A DNA stretch of 64,000 nucleotides, taken from positions 7,136 through 71,135 of the forward strand of contig JAKAFK010000003.1 of assembly GCA_021817985.1 (NCBI GenBank). The letters run 5' to 3'. Below the pieces are notes generated by a model. It did no database searches, was not told the origin of the DNA, and saw nothing but the letters and a program-made list of their open reading frames with translations. Origin of the DNA: Pseudomonadota bacterium. Lineage in GTDB: Bacteria > Pseudomonadota > Gammaproteobacteria > Burkholderiales > JAKAFK01. Shown here piece by piece: positions 28,009 to 36,642 of this stretch. How positions within the stretch are numbered: position 1 is the stretch's first letter; each line of letters opens with the position of its first letter. Both the position numbers and the translations under genes were made by a program.

Positions 28009-29817
28009 ATGAGTGAATTTGGCGAGATGGAAGAGCTGCTGCAAGATTTCTTGCTGGAGGCCAACGAGCTGTTGTCGGAAGTCGACAACAAGCTGGTCGA
28101 GCTCGAGAAACGCCCCAACGATACGGCGCTGCTCCACGATATTTTCCGTGGCTTTCACACCATCAAGGGCGGGGCGGGCTTCCTCAACGTGCATGAGCTC
28201 GTGGCGCTATGTCACCGCACGGAAAGCCTGTTCGACAAGCTGCGCAACGGCCAGCTCAAGCTGACGCCGGAAATCATGGACACCATCATGGCGGCCACCG
28301 GGGTGGTGCGCGACATGTTCCAGGACTTGAGCGGACGCCAAATGCCCGGGCCTGCCCAAAAGCATCTGCTGGACGCCCTCGATGCCGCCATCGCCGGCCA
28401 GGCGCCCGCCGTCGCGCCAAAAGCCGCAGCCCCCGCCCGGCAGGCGGCGGCACCCGCCCCAGGCAGCGGACCCGACTGGAACGTCCTCTACCATGCCCTG
28501 CTCGGCGACGAGCCGACGCAGCCTTCCGCACCCCCTCCCGAGCCGGCCGCCGCTCCAGAAATATCCGAGCCCGCAGCCGCCTCCCCTGCGCGCCTGCCCG
28601 CCGTGCACAACCAGCCGGCCCCCAAGGAAACGACCATCCGGATCGACACCGAGCGCCTCGATCAGGTCCTTAATCTCTCCGGCGAAATCGGTCTGACCAA
28701 GAACCGCCTGACGTGCTTGCGCGCCGATATCCTGCAGGGCAAGAGCGACGGCGAAACGCTGCGAGCGTTGGATGAAGCGGTCAACCAGCTTGACCTTCTG
28801 GTCGGCGATCTGCAAAACGCGGTGATGAAGACGCGCATGCAGCCGATCGGGCGGCTCTTTCAGAAATATCCGCGGCTGGCGCGCGATCTCGCCCGTCAAC
28901 TGGGCAAGGACGTGGAACTCGTCATTTCCGGCGAAGAGACGGAACTCGACAAGACGATGATCGAGGATCTCAACGACCCGCTCGTCCACTTGGTGCGCAA
29001 CGCCGTCGACCACGGCATCGAAGATCGGGCGGAGCGCGAGGTCGCGGGCAAGCCCTCGAAGAGCGTCATCCGCCTTTCCGCGACGCAGATCGGGGACCAT
29101 ATCATCATCGAGATTTCGGACGATGGGAAGGGCATGCGGCCGGAAGTCATTCGCCAGAAGGCCGTCGAGAAGGGGATCATCGAAGCGGATACGGCCAATA
29201 CGCTCGACGATCGCCAAAGCTTGAATCTGATCTTCCTGCCGGGGTTCTCGACCAAGGACACCATCTCGAACGTCTCCGGACGGGGCGTCGGAATGGATGT
29301 CGTGAAGACCAACATCTCTCGCCTCAACGGCCGCATCGACGTGGTCTCGGTGCCCGGGGAAGGCAGCACCTTCACCATCTCCTTGCCGTTGACCCTGGCG
29401 ATCCTGCCGGTCCTGGTCGTGGGCCTGGGGCGCCAGCCCTTCGCCATCCCGCTGTCGCTGGTGAGGGAGATCATCCCGATCGACCCGCAGACGGTGCAGC
29501 GCGTTTCGGGCCGTGCAACGCTCGTGGTGCGCGAAGAGGTGCTGCCGATCCGCACGCTCGCCAGCCTGATCGGCTGGCCCGAGCAGGGTCCCGCGGCATA
29601 CGGCGTGCTCATGCAGTGCGGCGATACTGCGTTCGTCCTGGCCATCGACAACTTCATCGGGCGCGACGATGTCGTCATCAAGCCCCTGCTCGACATCAAG
29701 CCGAAGGGGATCGCAGGCGCAACGCTGTCGGGCGACGGGGCCATCGTGCTGGTGCTCGACATGGAGGAATTGCTCGCGGCCGGGGCCTCGTCAGGCGCCC
29801 AGGCCGCCTTCGCCTGA
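28009..29817 (+). CDS. cheA: Chemotaxis histidine kinase CheA (602 aa, apparently without a folded P2 domain)
   Basis: HPT IFRGFHTIKGG, TIRIDTERLD, HLVRNAVDHGIE, SGRGVGMDVV, LPLTLAI, C-terminal CheW domain. Confidence 0.96.
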   Translation: MSEFGEMEELLQDFLLEANELLSEVDNKLVELEKRPNDTALLHDIFRGFHTIKGGAGFLNVHELVALCHRTESLFDKLRNGQLKLTPEIMDTIMAATGVVRDMFQDLSGRQMPGPAQKHLLDALDAAIAGQAPAVAPKAAAPARQAAAPAPGSGPDWNVLYHALLGDEPTQPSAPPPEPAAAPEISEPAAASPARLPAVHNQPAPKETTIRIDTERLDQVLNLSGEIGLTKNRLTCLRADILQGKSDGETLRALDEAVNQLDLLVGDLQNAVMKTRMQPIGRLFQKYPRLARDLARQLGKDVELVISGEETELDKTMIEDLNDPLVHLVRNAVDHGIEDRAEREVAGKPSKSVIRLSATQIGDHIIIEISDDGKGMRPEVIRQKAVEKGIIEADTANTLDDRQSLNLIFLPGFSTKDTISNVSGRGVGMDVVKTNISRLNGRIDVVSVPGEGSTFTISLPLTLAILPVLVVGLGRQPFAIPLSLVREIIPIDPQTVQRVSGRATLVVREEVLPIRTLASLIGWPEQGPAAYGVLMQCGDTAFVLAIDNFIGRDDVVIKPLLDIKPKGIAGATLSGDGAIVLVLDMEELLAAGASSGAQAAFA

Positions 29818-29999
29818 TGGGGGCAGATGAATAACAACGACAAGCTTGCGGAAAACGGGGCCCCTCCCGGAAGCGTGGGAGAGGCCGCGGAGCCGAGATA
29901 AGGGCTGCCTTGCGTCCGTCGGCGGTCGCCATGACGCCGAGTTCGTGCAAGGCCGCTGCGGCGCCTTTCGTCAACATCGATTATTCGGAATGCAACGCC

Positions 30000-31217
30000 A
30001 TGCACGAGCATGCCTACATTGGTCGCCAGCCGATCCTGGATCGCAACCAGCGCATCATCGGCTATGAGCTGCTGTTCCGGCACCACGCCACAGCCACCAC
30101 GGCGGAGGTCACCGACGACCTCTCCGCCGGCACACAAGTCATGATCAACACCCTCAGCAATCTGGGCACCGAGTGGCTCCTCGGCGACAAGATGGCCTTC
30201 ATCAACATTGCCGAGCCCATGATGCAAAGCGACTTCCTCGAGTTGCTGCCGCCCGAGCGCGTCGTGCTGGAAATCCTCGAAAGCGTGGCGTTCACGCCCG
30301 AACTCTTCGAGCGGGCCAAGGCATTGCGCGCACAGGGGTTCAAGCTGGCCCTCGACGACTATGTCCCCGGCCCCGATACGGCCGACTGGCTGGACGTGGC
30401 CGATTTCGTCAAGCTCGACGTCCAGGACCTGGGCCCCGCCCGAACGGCGGAAATGGTCACCCTGCTGCGCCGGCACAAAGCCAAGCTGGTCGCCGAAAAG
30501 GTCGAAACGCACGGCGAGTTCAAGGCCTGCAAGAACCTCGGATTCGATTACTTCCAAGGATTCTATTTCGCGCGTCCTGAGACGCTTGCCGCCAAGGTCC
30601 TGAATCCCGCCCATGCCAATGTGCTGCAACTCCTGAACCAGGTACGCAACAATGCCGACGTGAAGGACATCGAGACCGCCTTCAAGCGCGACGTGGCGCT
30701 TGCCTTCAAGCTGCTGCGCTACATCAACTCGGTGGGTTTCGGCCTGTCGTGCGAGATCCAGTCGATCCGGCACGCCGTGGCCATCTTAGGCTACCAGCAG
30801 CTCTATCGGTGGCTGACGCTCCTGCTGGTGACCGCCGAGACCTCCGACGCCACCCCGCCCGCCCTGATGAAGACGGCCATCACCCGCGGGCGCCTGACGG
30901 AACTTCTGGGCCAGCCGTTCTTCGAGCGGCAGGACCGCGACAACTTGTTCATCGTCGGCGTCTTTTCCCTGCTCGACGCGATGCTTGAGATGCCGATGGA
31001 CAGCGTGCTCGAGAAGCTTTTGCTGCCGGAGACGATCCAGGACGCGTTGCTGACCCGCTCCGGCATGTACGGCCCCTTCCTCGGACTGGCGGAGGCATGC
31101 GAAGGCGCTCAGGAAGACGAGATCAACGCGATTGCCGAATCCTTGTCCCTCGAACCCGATGCCGTCAACCAGGCGCACATGGAGGCGCTGGCTTGGGTCG
31201 AAACGCTGGGGGTCTGA
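30000..31217 (+). CDS. EAL-HDOD domain protein (putative c-di-GMP phosphodiesterase, YuxH/CdgJ-like)
   Basis: IGRQPI..GYELLFR, LALDDY, VKLD, LVAEKVET, FQGFYF, then HDOD KRDVALAFKLLRYINS. Confidence 0.88.
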   Translation: MHEHAYIGRQPILDRNQRIIGYELLFRHHATATTAEVTDDLSAGTQVMINTLSNLGTEWLLGDKMAFINIAEPMMQSDFLELLPPERVVLEILESVAFTPELFERAKALRAQGFKLALDDYVPGPDTADWLDVADFVKLDVQDLGPARTAEMVTLLRRHKAKLVAEKVETHGEFKACKNLGFDYFQGFYFARPETLAAKVLNPAHANVLQLLNQVRNNADVKDIETAFKRDVALAFKLLRYINSVGFGLSCEIQSIRHAVAILGYQQLYRWLTLLLVTAETSDATPPALMKTAITRGRLTELLGQPFFERQDRDNLFIVGVFSLLDAMLEMPMDSVLEKLLLPETIQDALLTRSGMYGPFLGLAEACEGAQEDEINAIAESLSLEPDAVNQAHMEALAWVETLGV

Positions 31218-31223
31218 CGGCGG

Positions 31224-31676
31224 TCAGAGAAACTCGGGCGCGAGCACCAGTCGGAGCAGGGTCTGGGCCTCGTTGTCCCGGACGCGATAGGTGAGCCACC
31301 AGACGCCCGCCTTCTTGACGCCCCAGGGGGCCGCCGCGCCGGCGAGAACGAGGGAAGCCACCTCGCCGAGGGTGGGCTGATGGCCCACGACGACGACCGC
31401 CCCCTTGGCCTTGGGCCACCCTGCCGCCTTGAGGATTTCGGCAGGTCCGGCGCCCGGGCCCAGCTCAGGCCGGGTCTCGATGGGCCGCTTGAGCGCGAGC
31501 GCGGTCTCCTGCGCACGACGCGCGGGGCTGACAAGGATGCTCACCGGGACGGGCAGCCTGGGCGCCAGCCAGCGCGCCATGGCCGCCGCCTGCGCACGGC
31601 CCTTGTCGGATAGGGCGCGCTCCATATCGGGAACGCCGTCTTGCGCTTCGGCATGACGCCATAGGATCAAATCCAT
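31224..31676 (-). CDS. sixA: Phosphohistidine phosphatase SixA
   Basis: MDLILWRHAEA, SPARRAQETA, VVGHQPTLG. Confidence 0.88.
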   Translation of the reverse strand: MDLILWRHAEAQDGVPDMERALSDKGRAQAAAMARWLAPRLPVPVSILVSPARRAQETALALKRPIETRPELGPGAGPAEILKAAGWPKAKGAVVVVGHQPTLGEVASLVLAGAAAPWGVKKAGVWWLTYRVRDNEAQTLLRLVLAPEFL

Positions 31677-31680
31677 CGAA

Positions 31681-31910
31681 CCGTTCCTAATCCATCGGCG
31701 ATAATCAGTTGATGGGTCACCACGGGACATCTTCCCCGCAGTCGCAGCCCGAACAGTGCTGGCTGCTCGCGTGCCGGAGTTGCGCCGGCAGGCCCCGGTG
31801 AGCGCCCGATGCGAGGGACTCTGGAGACTGTTTTTCCAGAGGCCGCAAAGGCGCCGGTTCCCCTCGGCGCACTCCTATGCGAGTGTGAGGGATCCCGGAC
31901 CGGGAACGCG
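31681..31910 (-). ncRNA. Predicted omegaRNA/reRNA scaffold of element 1, overlapping the tnpB 3' end
   Basis: Stems at 31692-31715, 31744-31766, 31772-31790, 31819-31841 plus possible long-range CGTTCC/GGAACG pairing; position at the right end is where TnpB guide RNAs are encoded. Confidence 0.55.
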
Positions 31911-33672
31911 CTACATGCGGCGCTCTCATCACCGAGCGGATCGAGGACCATTGTGACCACACGGGCTTCGCGCGATTCCTTGCAGGTAGCGCAAAGGCGA
32001 CGTGGCCACCGTCGCGGCACGGCGATAACGCCGCACGCGCCTCGGGGGAGGTTTTGGCCTCCGATCCTTCCGGTGTTGAATTCGTTTGCGTCTTGCTTTT
32101 CTTCTTGCGCCTGAGTGGCATGGTATAGATGCCTCCTGCGCTCTTGTTCGCTTGCCGAAGCCGCTCGGCAAAGCCCAGCCCGCGCCGGGCAATGGCCATC
32201 GCGGCGGCCTGGTGCACGCTTAGCCCGAGGGGTTGGGCGTGATTCACGGCGCCGATGACCGAGGTATACGCCGGATTGACTTCCAGCACCTCGACGCCGG
32301 CACGATGGCAGGCCGCATCCAGCATCGCAAGGGCCTTACCGTAGGCAAAGCTGGAGAGCATGCGGGCGTGCCGCGGGTTGCTCCCTTCGAGATCGCTTTT
32401 CTTCTTGCCAAAGTCCAGCCTCTCGTGCACGACCGGCACACCATGGGTGCGGGCGATCCCCGCAATCTCCTTAACGGAGTCCCCCATCATCGCTTCGACC
32501 TGCTCGGACGATTTTCCGTAGGTTGGCACGTCGAAGCGCACACTGTCGACCCAGTTGCCGAAGCGATCGATCCGGGTCACCGCGAGATGATCCGCATTGA
32601 TGTCGATGCCCAGGGCGCCAGCCAGCTTGGAAGTTGTCGCCGTGGCGGTTTCCACGGCAAGGCTTGCGAACACCCGCCAGCCCTTTCCGTCGCGCATGAA
32701 GCGGTAGCTGATCGCGGTTCCGGTGCGCTTCATGACGGGCTGCCCCGTCTTCGTGAGACCCTCTATCCGGCACGACGCATTCAGGGCTTCGACGATCTTC
32801 TCGTGCCCATAGGCAAAGCGCACGCCCGGGACTTCGACATGGCTGCCGTGCGGGGGCAGGAGGCATCTCGGCAGGCGCACACGCAAGGTCAGGGAGCCAT
32901 CCGTGGCCCGTGTGGCCACGCAGCCCTGGCACCCCGCCGTCTCGTCCTTGCTTCCCAGGACGAGGAACTGAGAGGAGCGCGCCGCGCGCCAATCCACAAG
33001 CCAGGCATCCCGGCCGGCTGCAGCAAGTTCCTCCTGGCGGCGGGTGCGCCCTGACTCTTCAAGGAGGGCGCTCGCGGCATCCCATTGAGCGCCATCGACA
33101 TAGCCGTTCGCCACGAGATCGAACTGGGCGCGAAAGAGCCTCTTCGAACCGAAGCACAGGCGGATGGCGCCCGCCTCGTGATCGTTCTTGAGGTTACCGA
33201 GGCGATCTTCCCTTGTTTTGAGCCGGCGCTTCTTCTGGTGCAGCTTGTGTGCGGCTTTGGCAATGGCGCGCCGGCGCTCGGACTCGCTCATCGGCTTGAC
33301 CGCGCGTCCGGATTTGAAGGCAACCAAGGGGTCTTGCAGGTCCTGAAGGCGCTGTTCGATCTTGCCGATTGTCTTCTTGGCCCGGCCAATGCGTGCCTCC
33401 GCTTCGAGAATAAGATCCGGGCGGCGCTTCCTGATCGAATCGATCTTCCCGTCCAAGCCGATCTTGATGGCGTTGTACTGCCGGGCGGTGAGGCCAAACT
33501 CCTGGAGAAAATCGCGCTTGAGGGTATTGGTGTCGCGGCCATCGGCTTGCCTTGCGGCGAAGAGGCTACGCTCCGCGCGCCCGAACAGCGCCGCGTAGGC
33601 AGCCAGCGCCGCATCGACCGCCGGATCTGGCTCAAGGCGCGTTTGGTAGGTGAATGTCTTTGCGTCAGGCAT
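31717..33672 (-). CDS. tnpB: Large TnpB-related RuvC protein (651 aa), no Zn finger, RuvC-III His
   Basis: TYQTRL N-terminus, LCFGSKRLF, GSKDETAGCQ, RuvC-I LGIDINADH, RuvC-II VVHERLDF, VNPAYTSVIG, SVHQAAAMAIARRG; ATG overlaps tnpA stop. Confidence 0.85.
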   Translation of the reverse strand: MPDAKTFTYQTRLEPDPAVDAALAAYAALFGRAERSLFAARQADGRDTNTLKRDFLQEFGLTARQYNAIKIGLDGKIDSIRKRRPDLILEAEARIGRAKKTIGKIEQRLQDLQDPLVAFKSGRAVKPMSESERRRAIAKAAHKLHQKKRRLKTREDRLGNLKNDHEAGAIRLCFGSKRLFRAQFDLVANGYVDGAQWDAASALLEESGRTRRQEELAAAGRDAWLVDWRAARSSQFLVLGSKDETAGCQGCVATRATDGSLTLRVRLPRCLLPPHGSHVEVPGVRFAYGHEKIVEALNASCRIEGLTKTGQPVMKRTGTAISYRFMRDGKGWRVFASLAVETATATTSKLAGALGIDINADHLAVTRIDRFGNWVDSVRFDVPTYGKSSEQVEAMMGDSVKEIAGIARTHGVPVVHERLDFGKKKSDLEGSNPRHARMLSSFAYGKALAMLDAACHRAGVEVLEVNPAYTSVIGAVNHAQPLGLSVHQAAAMAIARRGLGFAERLRQANKSAGGIYTMPLRRKKKSKTQTNSTPEGSEAKTSPEARAALSPCRDGGHVAFALPARNRAKPVWSQWSSIRSVMRAPHVARSRSGIPHTRIGVRRGEPAPLRPLEKQSPESLASGAHRGLPAQLRHASSQHCSGCDCGEDVPW

Positions 33673-34164
33673 CGCTGGTAATGGCGTCGACTGCCTTCCG
33701 GGCCTTGTTCCGGGCCGACCGGCGCCCATGCAGGCGGGCACAGAAGGAGGTGAGCACTTCAATTTCGGCACCGAAGCGCATCAGGCGGTCGCGGTGCTCC
33801 ACGACGATGGCGGTGACCGCCGGGTCGGAGAGCAGCTTCATCAGCCTGGGCCTGTGACCATTGAGCCCGGAGCCGACTTCGGCTGCGGTGCGCACGACCA
33901 CGAGGCGCTGCGATGCCGCATGCGCAGCCAGCCGCCAAGCCGCGCGTCAAGGTCGTTCTTCTGGTCGGAAGACGACACCTGGGCATAAAGCGCCGCGCCG
34001 CCCGCCGGCGAGGCTTGATCGTCCAGCGTGACGAATACCGCGCCAGTCGGCGTCTGAAACGCCGGCACGGGCAGATTGCCGTCGTGCCACCATTTCCATG
34101 CCGTTTGGTAATGGACCCCCATCAGCACAGCCCATTCCTTCAGCTTCAGCGGCTTCGTTGTCAT
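33665..34164 (-). pseudogene. tnpA: IS607 serine transposase TnpA, frameshifted and internally deleted
   Basis: N-half KEWAVLMGVHYQTAWKWW..ALYAQVSSSDQKNDL; frameshift near 33932-33937; C-half EVGSGLNG..IVVEHRDRLMRFGAE/IEVLTSFCARLHGRRS lacks about 32 aa relative to the tnpA at 53575. Confidence 0.9.
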
Positions 34165-34252
34165 ACTGAATACAGCATAGCCGACCTATGCCAATTGCAA
34201 CTGACTTATTACGAACCTGCTAGAATCCCACTCCGCGCGTGAGCGACAGGGC

Positions 34253-34846
34253 CTACCAGCCGTGGCCGCGAATCTTCTCGAGCCAGAATAGGCCGATGAC
34301 GGTCTTGGTTTCCGAGATCCTGCCCGTGCGCACCCATTCCATGGCCTCTTCTTGCGACACTCGGAAGCTCTCGACGAACTCGTCCTCGTCCGGACGGGCA
34401 CCCTCGAAGGAAAGCCCTGTCGCCAGAAAGAACTCCAGCCGCTCGTCGGAGTATCCGATGCACGGATGGATGCGGGTCAGCCGGCGCCAATGGCCGGCCG
34501 AATAACCGGTCTCTTCCAGGAGCTCGCGCCGTGCACAGGCGTCGGGCGACTCATGGGCTTCGAGCTTGCCGGCGGGAAACTCGTAGAAGACGCGCCGCAG
34601 CGGATAGCGGTATTGCCGCTCGAGCAGCACATCGCCGTTGTCGAACACGGGCAGGCACACCACGGCGCCCGGGTGCACGATGTATTCGCGGGTCGCTTCA
34701 TGGCCGTTGGGAAGGCGCACCCGATCTTCCCGAACGTGGAGAAGCCGTCCATGATAGACCGTCCGCGAGGCGAGCTCCGACTCGCTCAGATCCGTTCCGT
34801 GCGCGGCCCCTCCATCGGGCTCGCCCGGGGTCGGCTCATCACTCAC
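34253..34846 (-). CDS. NUDIX hydrolase (ADP-ribose pyrophosphatase-like)
   Basis: Nudix box FPAGKLEAHESPDACARRELLEETGY; REYIVHPGAV; GTG start overlapping DUF2818 stop. Confidence 0.9.
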   Translation of the reverse strand: MSDEPTPGEPDGGAAHGTDLSESELASRTVYHGRLLHVREDRVRLPNGHEATREYIVHPGAVVCLPVFDNGDVLLERQYRYPLRRVFYEFPAGKLEAHESPDACARRELLEETGYSAGHWRRLTRIHPCIGYSDERLEFFLATGLSFEGARPDEDEFVESFRVSQEEAMEWVRTGRISETKTVIGLFWLEKIRGHGW

Positions 34847-35144
34847 CGGCGCGTCGTCGCCACAGATAACGGTAGACGAAGCCCGGGTAGGCGAACACCA
34901 GAAACAGGCAGGCAGTGACCACATAGAAGATCCATTGCTGCTTCGCCACGGCGCCTAGCTGCGCCTCAAGCAGACGGGCGACCCCGCCCACGACGAAATA
35001 CAGGGCCACCAGTTCGAGGAGTCGCCAGCCCAGCGCCTTGCGGCCCGAGCGCGGGCGACGAACGAAAAACACGCGTTCATTGAAGAACGGTAGGTTGGCG
35101 GCGAAAAGCGCCAGGGCCAGCAGCAAGGTGGTATTAGAGCTCAT
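34839..35144 (-). CDS. DUF2818 family membrane protein
   Basis: AANLPFFNER, WRLLELVALY, FAYPGFVYRYLW; usual position after nuoN in Betaproteobacteria. Confidence 0.85.
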   Translation of the reverse strand: MSSNTTLLLALALFAANLPFFNERVFFVRRPRSGRKALGWRLLELVALYFVVGGVARLLEAQLGAVAKQQWIFYVVTACLFLVFAYPGFVYRYLWRRRAGE

Positions 35145-36593
35145 TTATAATGAATGCCAGATCGAATAAGTGCACAAGGCCATCAGCGGCTGGGGCAAGA
35201 TGCCCAGCGCCAGCACGGCCAGCCCGTTTGCGCTCATGAGAACCCCCACGTCCGCGTGCGCGCGACATGCGGACGGGTCGCTGGGCGCATCGAAATACAT
35301 GAGTTTCACGATGCGCAAATAATAGAACGCGCCGACCACGGAGAACAGCACCGCCGCGACGACGAGGCCCACATACCCCGCATCGAGGGCGCTGGAGAGC
35401 ACCGCGAGCTTCGCATAGAATCCGGCCGTCGGCGGAATTCCCGCCATCGAAAACATGAGGATGAGCATCAGGAAAGCGTACCACGGGCTGCGCTGATTGA
35501 GTCCCTTGAAATCATCCAGATGTTCCGCCTCGAAACCCTGCCTTGACAGCAGCATCACCATGCCAAACGCGCCCAGGCTCATGAGCACGTAGACCAGAAC
35601 GTAGAACATGGCGGCGCCGTAGCCTTGCAGGTTACCGCTCAGGAAACCCAAGAGCACGAACCCCATGTGCGAAATCGTCGAATACGCCAGCATGCGTTTG
35701 ATGTTGGATTGCGCGATCGCCGTGATGTTCCCGATGGCGATGGACAATACCGACAGGATCACCAGCATGCCGGACCAGTCGTGCGCCAGCGGCTGCAGTC
35801 CGCCCGCCAGCAACCGGATCACGAAGCCGAACGCCGCGATCTTGGGGGCCGTGCCGATGAACAGCGTCATCGCGGTCGGGGCGCCCTGGTAGACATCGGG
35901 CACCCACATATGGAACGGCACAACCCCCAGTTTGAAGGCGAGCCCCGCGACCAGGAACACCAATCCGAACACCAGCACGGTGTGGTCCTTCACGCCATGC
36001 GCGAGAACGCCGGCAATCCCGCTCAGATCGAGATGGCCGGTCACGCCATAGACCATCGACATGCCGTACAGCAGAAGCCCGGAGGCCAGAGCCCCCAACA
36101 CGAAGTACTTGAGGGCAGCCTCGGTGGCCACCGCCGAGTCGCGCGAGAGCGCCACCAGCGCATAGAGGCACAGCGCCTGCAACTCGAGCCCCAGGTACAG
36201 CGCCAGGAAATTGCCGGCCGAGATCATGATCATCATCCCTAAGGCCGCGAACAGCACCAGCACGAAGAACTCTCCCCGGAACAGGCCGCGCACCTGCAGG
36301 TACGACTTCGAATAGACCAGCATGGCCGAGATGCTCACATAGAGCATGAGCTTGAGCACATCGGCGACGGGGTCTTCGATAAACAGGCCGTGAAAGCCCG
36401 TCACGGTTTCCCCGTGCGCGCCTTGCGCGGTCAGCAGCACGGCCCCGAGCAGCGTCAGTTGCGTCGCCGCATAGGTGACGAATCGATGGCGATCCGCGAT
36501 GAAGGCATCGACGAGGAGAATGAGCGAGCCCATGCACAGGACGAAGATTTCCGGGAGCATGGGTGCGAGATCGTGCCAGCTAACAAGGCTCAT
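35145..36593 (-). CDS. nuoN: NADH-quinone oxidoreductase subunit N
   Basis: [41 protein letters not shown]. Confidence 0.96.
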   Translation of the reverse strand: MSLVSWHDLAPMLPEIFVLCMGSLILLVDAFIADRHRFVTYAATQLTLLGAVLLTAQGAHGETVTGFHGLFIEDPVADVLKLMLYVSISAMLVYSKSYLQVRGLFRGEFFVLVLFAALGMMIMISAGNFLALYLGLELQALCLYALVALSRDSAVATEAALKYFVLGALASGLLLYGMSMVYGVTGHLDLSGIAGVLAHGVKDHTVLVFGLVFLVAGLAFKLGVVPFHMWVPDVYQGAPTAMTLFIGTAPKIAAFGFVIRLLAGGLQPLAHDWSGMLVILSVLSIAIGNITAIAQSNIKRMLAYSTISHMGFVLLGFLSGNLQGYGAAMFYVLVYVLMSLGAFGMVMLLSRQGFEAEHLDDFKGLNQRSPWYAFLMLILMFSMAGIPPTAGFYAKLAVLSSALDAGYVGLVVAAVLFSVVGAFYYLRIVKLMYFDAPSDPSACRAHADVGVLMSANGLAVLALGILPQPLMALCTYSIWHSL

Positions 36594-36642
36594 GAAGGTC
36601 CCTTCGTGCCGCGATGGCCATGAGAAACGCAAACTGGCGCAT

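Larger units (their letters stand above)
31681..34217 (-). mobile_element. IS607-family element 1 (non-autonomous: pseudo-tnpA + atypical large TnpB)
   Basis: Serine-recombinase tnpA remnant overlapping tnpB-like gene; hexamer GGTTCG (minus strand) at both junctions (31677-31682, 34212-34217); right end GGAACGG identical to element 2; imperfect sub-terminal inverted motif ATAATCAGTTG (31701-31711) / CAACTGACTTAT (34198-34209). Confidence 0.85.

Noticed and set aside
29828-29902. Short ORF MNNNDKLAENG... after cheA
   Set aside because: About 24 codons, weak RBS, no supporting features
31717-34252. Large TnpB-like gene as a type V CRISPR (Cas12) effector
   Set aside because: No repeat-spacer array or cas1/cas2/cas4 nearby; the context is an IS607 tnpA with IS ends
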